Below, piece by piece: positions 44,948 through 46,559 of a DNA stretch of 46,559 bases; the stretch's first letter is position 1; the number at the start of each line of letters is the position of its first letter. The notes below the pieces were generated by a model, which saw only the letters and a list, made by a program, of their open reading frames with translations, did no database searches and was not told the DNA's origin. The position numbers were made by a program, and so were the translations under genes. This DNA comes from a virus. The stretch is from UHGV virus genome UHGV-0172001. One strand, written 5' to 3'.

Positions 44948-46038
44948 ATGAGTATCAGCCGGATTTCAGCCTGACAGCAGAGGGGGAGGATATCACGAAG
45001 GCCATAAAGCGGGGGCTGGCTGAACTGCGTTATACCGATAATGGTGCTGCCACAAAGCGGTCCGATGAACTGATGATAACCCTGTTCAGTGAGACGATGG
45101 CGCTGCCGCCAAAAGGCGCGGTATTAACGCTGGGGCTGGGATTCAACGGAAACCTGGTAAATAAAGGCAGTTTTACCGTCTGTCAGGTGGCAAGTGGTGG
45201 TCCTCCCCGCCGAATCACCATTTATGCCACAGCCGCCCCCATGAATGCGTCAAAACATGGCGCAGACGTGACTGCACTGAAAACCCGTGCGTTCAGCGAT
45301 GTTACGCTGGGTGACCTGGTGAAAACGATCGCCACTGAAAATAATCTGGTGGCGCGGGTCTCACCGGCGCTGGCAAAAATTCGTATCCCGTGGGTGATGC
45401 AGTCATCTGAATCGGATGCGTCCCTGCTGTCCCGGCTTGCAGGTATGTATGGTGCCACCAGTAAACCGACGAACGGTTACTGGTTATTTCTGGAGTATGG
45501 CGCATCACAGAGCGCGGGTGGCAGGGATGCGCCTGTAATGACCATCACGCCGGGCATGGTGTCAGACTGGGATTACCGGGAGGGGGAGCGGCAGGGAGCA
45601 TCCGGAGGCGGAAAAGGAACAACAAAAAAAGGGAAAGTGGGTGTCAGATATTTTGACTCTCGCGACGGGAGAACGCGTGAATTTAAAGTGGATGTGGAGT
45701 CCACAGACAAGCGACATCCATTCACTCAGCCGGATCAGGATACAGCAAAACACTGCGCAGACTCTAAGGTTAAACGTGTGCAGAAAGCCGGACGCCAGAT
45801 GACGATAACGCTGCCCTGCAGGCCCGCATTGTTGAAAGCTGGGGCGGAAATGCGTTTTATCACGCAGGGATTTGGGGTACGGGAAGATCATAACTGGCAG
45901 GCTGAGTCGGTGGAGTTTTCACTGGCACCGGGGCAGGGATTTACGCTGAATCTGTCGCTGGCCACCGATATCTCCGCGAAAGGGAAAGCATCAGGGAAGA
46001 AGAAAGCGGATAAAAAAGGCGTGAATTATTACGGGTAA
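44938..46038 (+). CDS. Late control protein D (P2 gpD-like baseplate hub)
   Basis: 366 aa, terminal gene of the P2-type tail operon. Confidence 0.85.
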   Translation: MGLNEYQPDFSLTAEGEDITKAIKRGLAELRYTDNGAATKRSDELMITLFSETMALPPKGAVLTLGLGFNGNLVNKGSFTVCQVASGGPPRRITIYATAAPMNASKHGADVTALKTRAFSDVTLGDLVKTIATENNLVARVSPALAKIRIPWVMQSSESDASLLSRLAGMYGATSKPTNGYWLFLEYGASQSAGGRDAPVMTITPGMVSDWDYREGERQGASGGGKGTTKKGKVGVRYFDSRDGRTREFKVDVESTDKRHPFTQPDQDTAKHCADSKVKRVQKAGRQMTITLPCRPALLKAGAEMRFITQGFGVREDHNWQAESVEFSLAPGQGFTLNLSLATDISAKGKASGKKKADKKGVNYYG

Positions 46039-46559
46039 AAAAAAGCGCGCTTCGCCAATCCGGGGCGAAGCACGTCTGAATGACACCTGAAAATTTCCCG
46101 TCCGTTAAGTGTCCGTCCCGAGAGAAGTGGGGAACCATAACACCCTGTCGGGACGCAGAAAGAAACAACACAACTTGCAGGGATATTTTCTTGATAAAGT
46201 ATGAATGAGCAAGTGATTGTTTGTGCTGGCGGGGATTTTAGGAATTTTTCTTTAACAAATGATAACCCCGACTGTTTTAGCAGACGGGGTTTTTAAGTGG
46301 AGAGCTATAAAAGAGCCTTAGTGAGAAAGTGATAGTAAGGATTAAAAGTGCTCGAAACTATTCTCCAAAACAAGATTGCAATAGACTGATATCAATGGAA
46401 TTACCTGCATTGTTACACCAATCCTTAAACCCCCTCAAAATTGATTCTATTGCATTGAATATAAAGGATTAATCATCTAATTCGCTCACCTTCTTATTCA
46501 GCAGACGAGAAGCGCGCCAGTAAACCAGCAACATCAGGCCCATTACGATAGTCAGCGTA

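Overview
Almost the entire 46.5-kb window is one integrated temperate phage (prophage) of an enterobacterial host, read left to right in lambdoid order. All calls come from reading the sequence and the supplied ORF translations and comparing them from memory with lambda, P2 and E. coli Rac/Qin proteins; no database search was run. Layout: (1) left end with two small cargo genes, then a lambda-family tyrosine integrase and excisionase (1075-2431, minus strand); (2) leftward early operon with a large exonuclease and small ORFs; (3) a Rac-type immunity region: XRE-type repressor (minus) facing YdaS-like and YdaT-like genes (plus), with a good sigma70 promoter and palindromes between them; (4) a replication initiator with iterons inside the gene, then a nin-like region with an HNH endonuclease, a hok/mok type I toxin, a Doc/Fic-type toxin, DUF968, RusA and a Q antiterminator; (5) late region with an AT-rich secreted moron, an orphan DNA methyltransferase, tRNA-Thr(UGU) and tRNA-Gly(UCC), and a lysis cassette; (6) a lambda-like head module (Nu1, A, W, B, C, D, E, FI, FII); (7) a P2-like contractile-tail module (V, W, J, I, H, G, sheath, tube, E/E', tape measure, U, X, D) ending at 46038. 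The last ~500 bp are AT-rich non-coding sequence plus the 3' end of a probable host gene; attL/attR could not be fixed. The most unusual items are a baseplate gpI protein extended to 802 aa by an Ig-like segment and about 20 BspA-type leucine-rich repeats, an AT-rich cargo gene in the rex-equivalent position next to the repressor, an AT-rich secreted moron after Q, a toxin island (hok/mok plus Doc-like with a non-Phd upstream partner), and four 138-bp in-frame tandem repeats in the head protease/scaffold gene.
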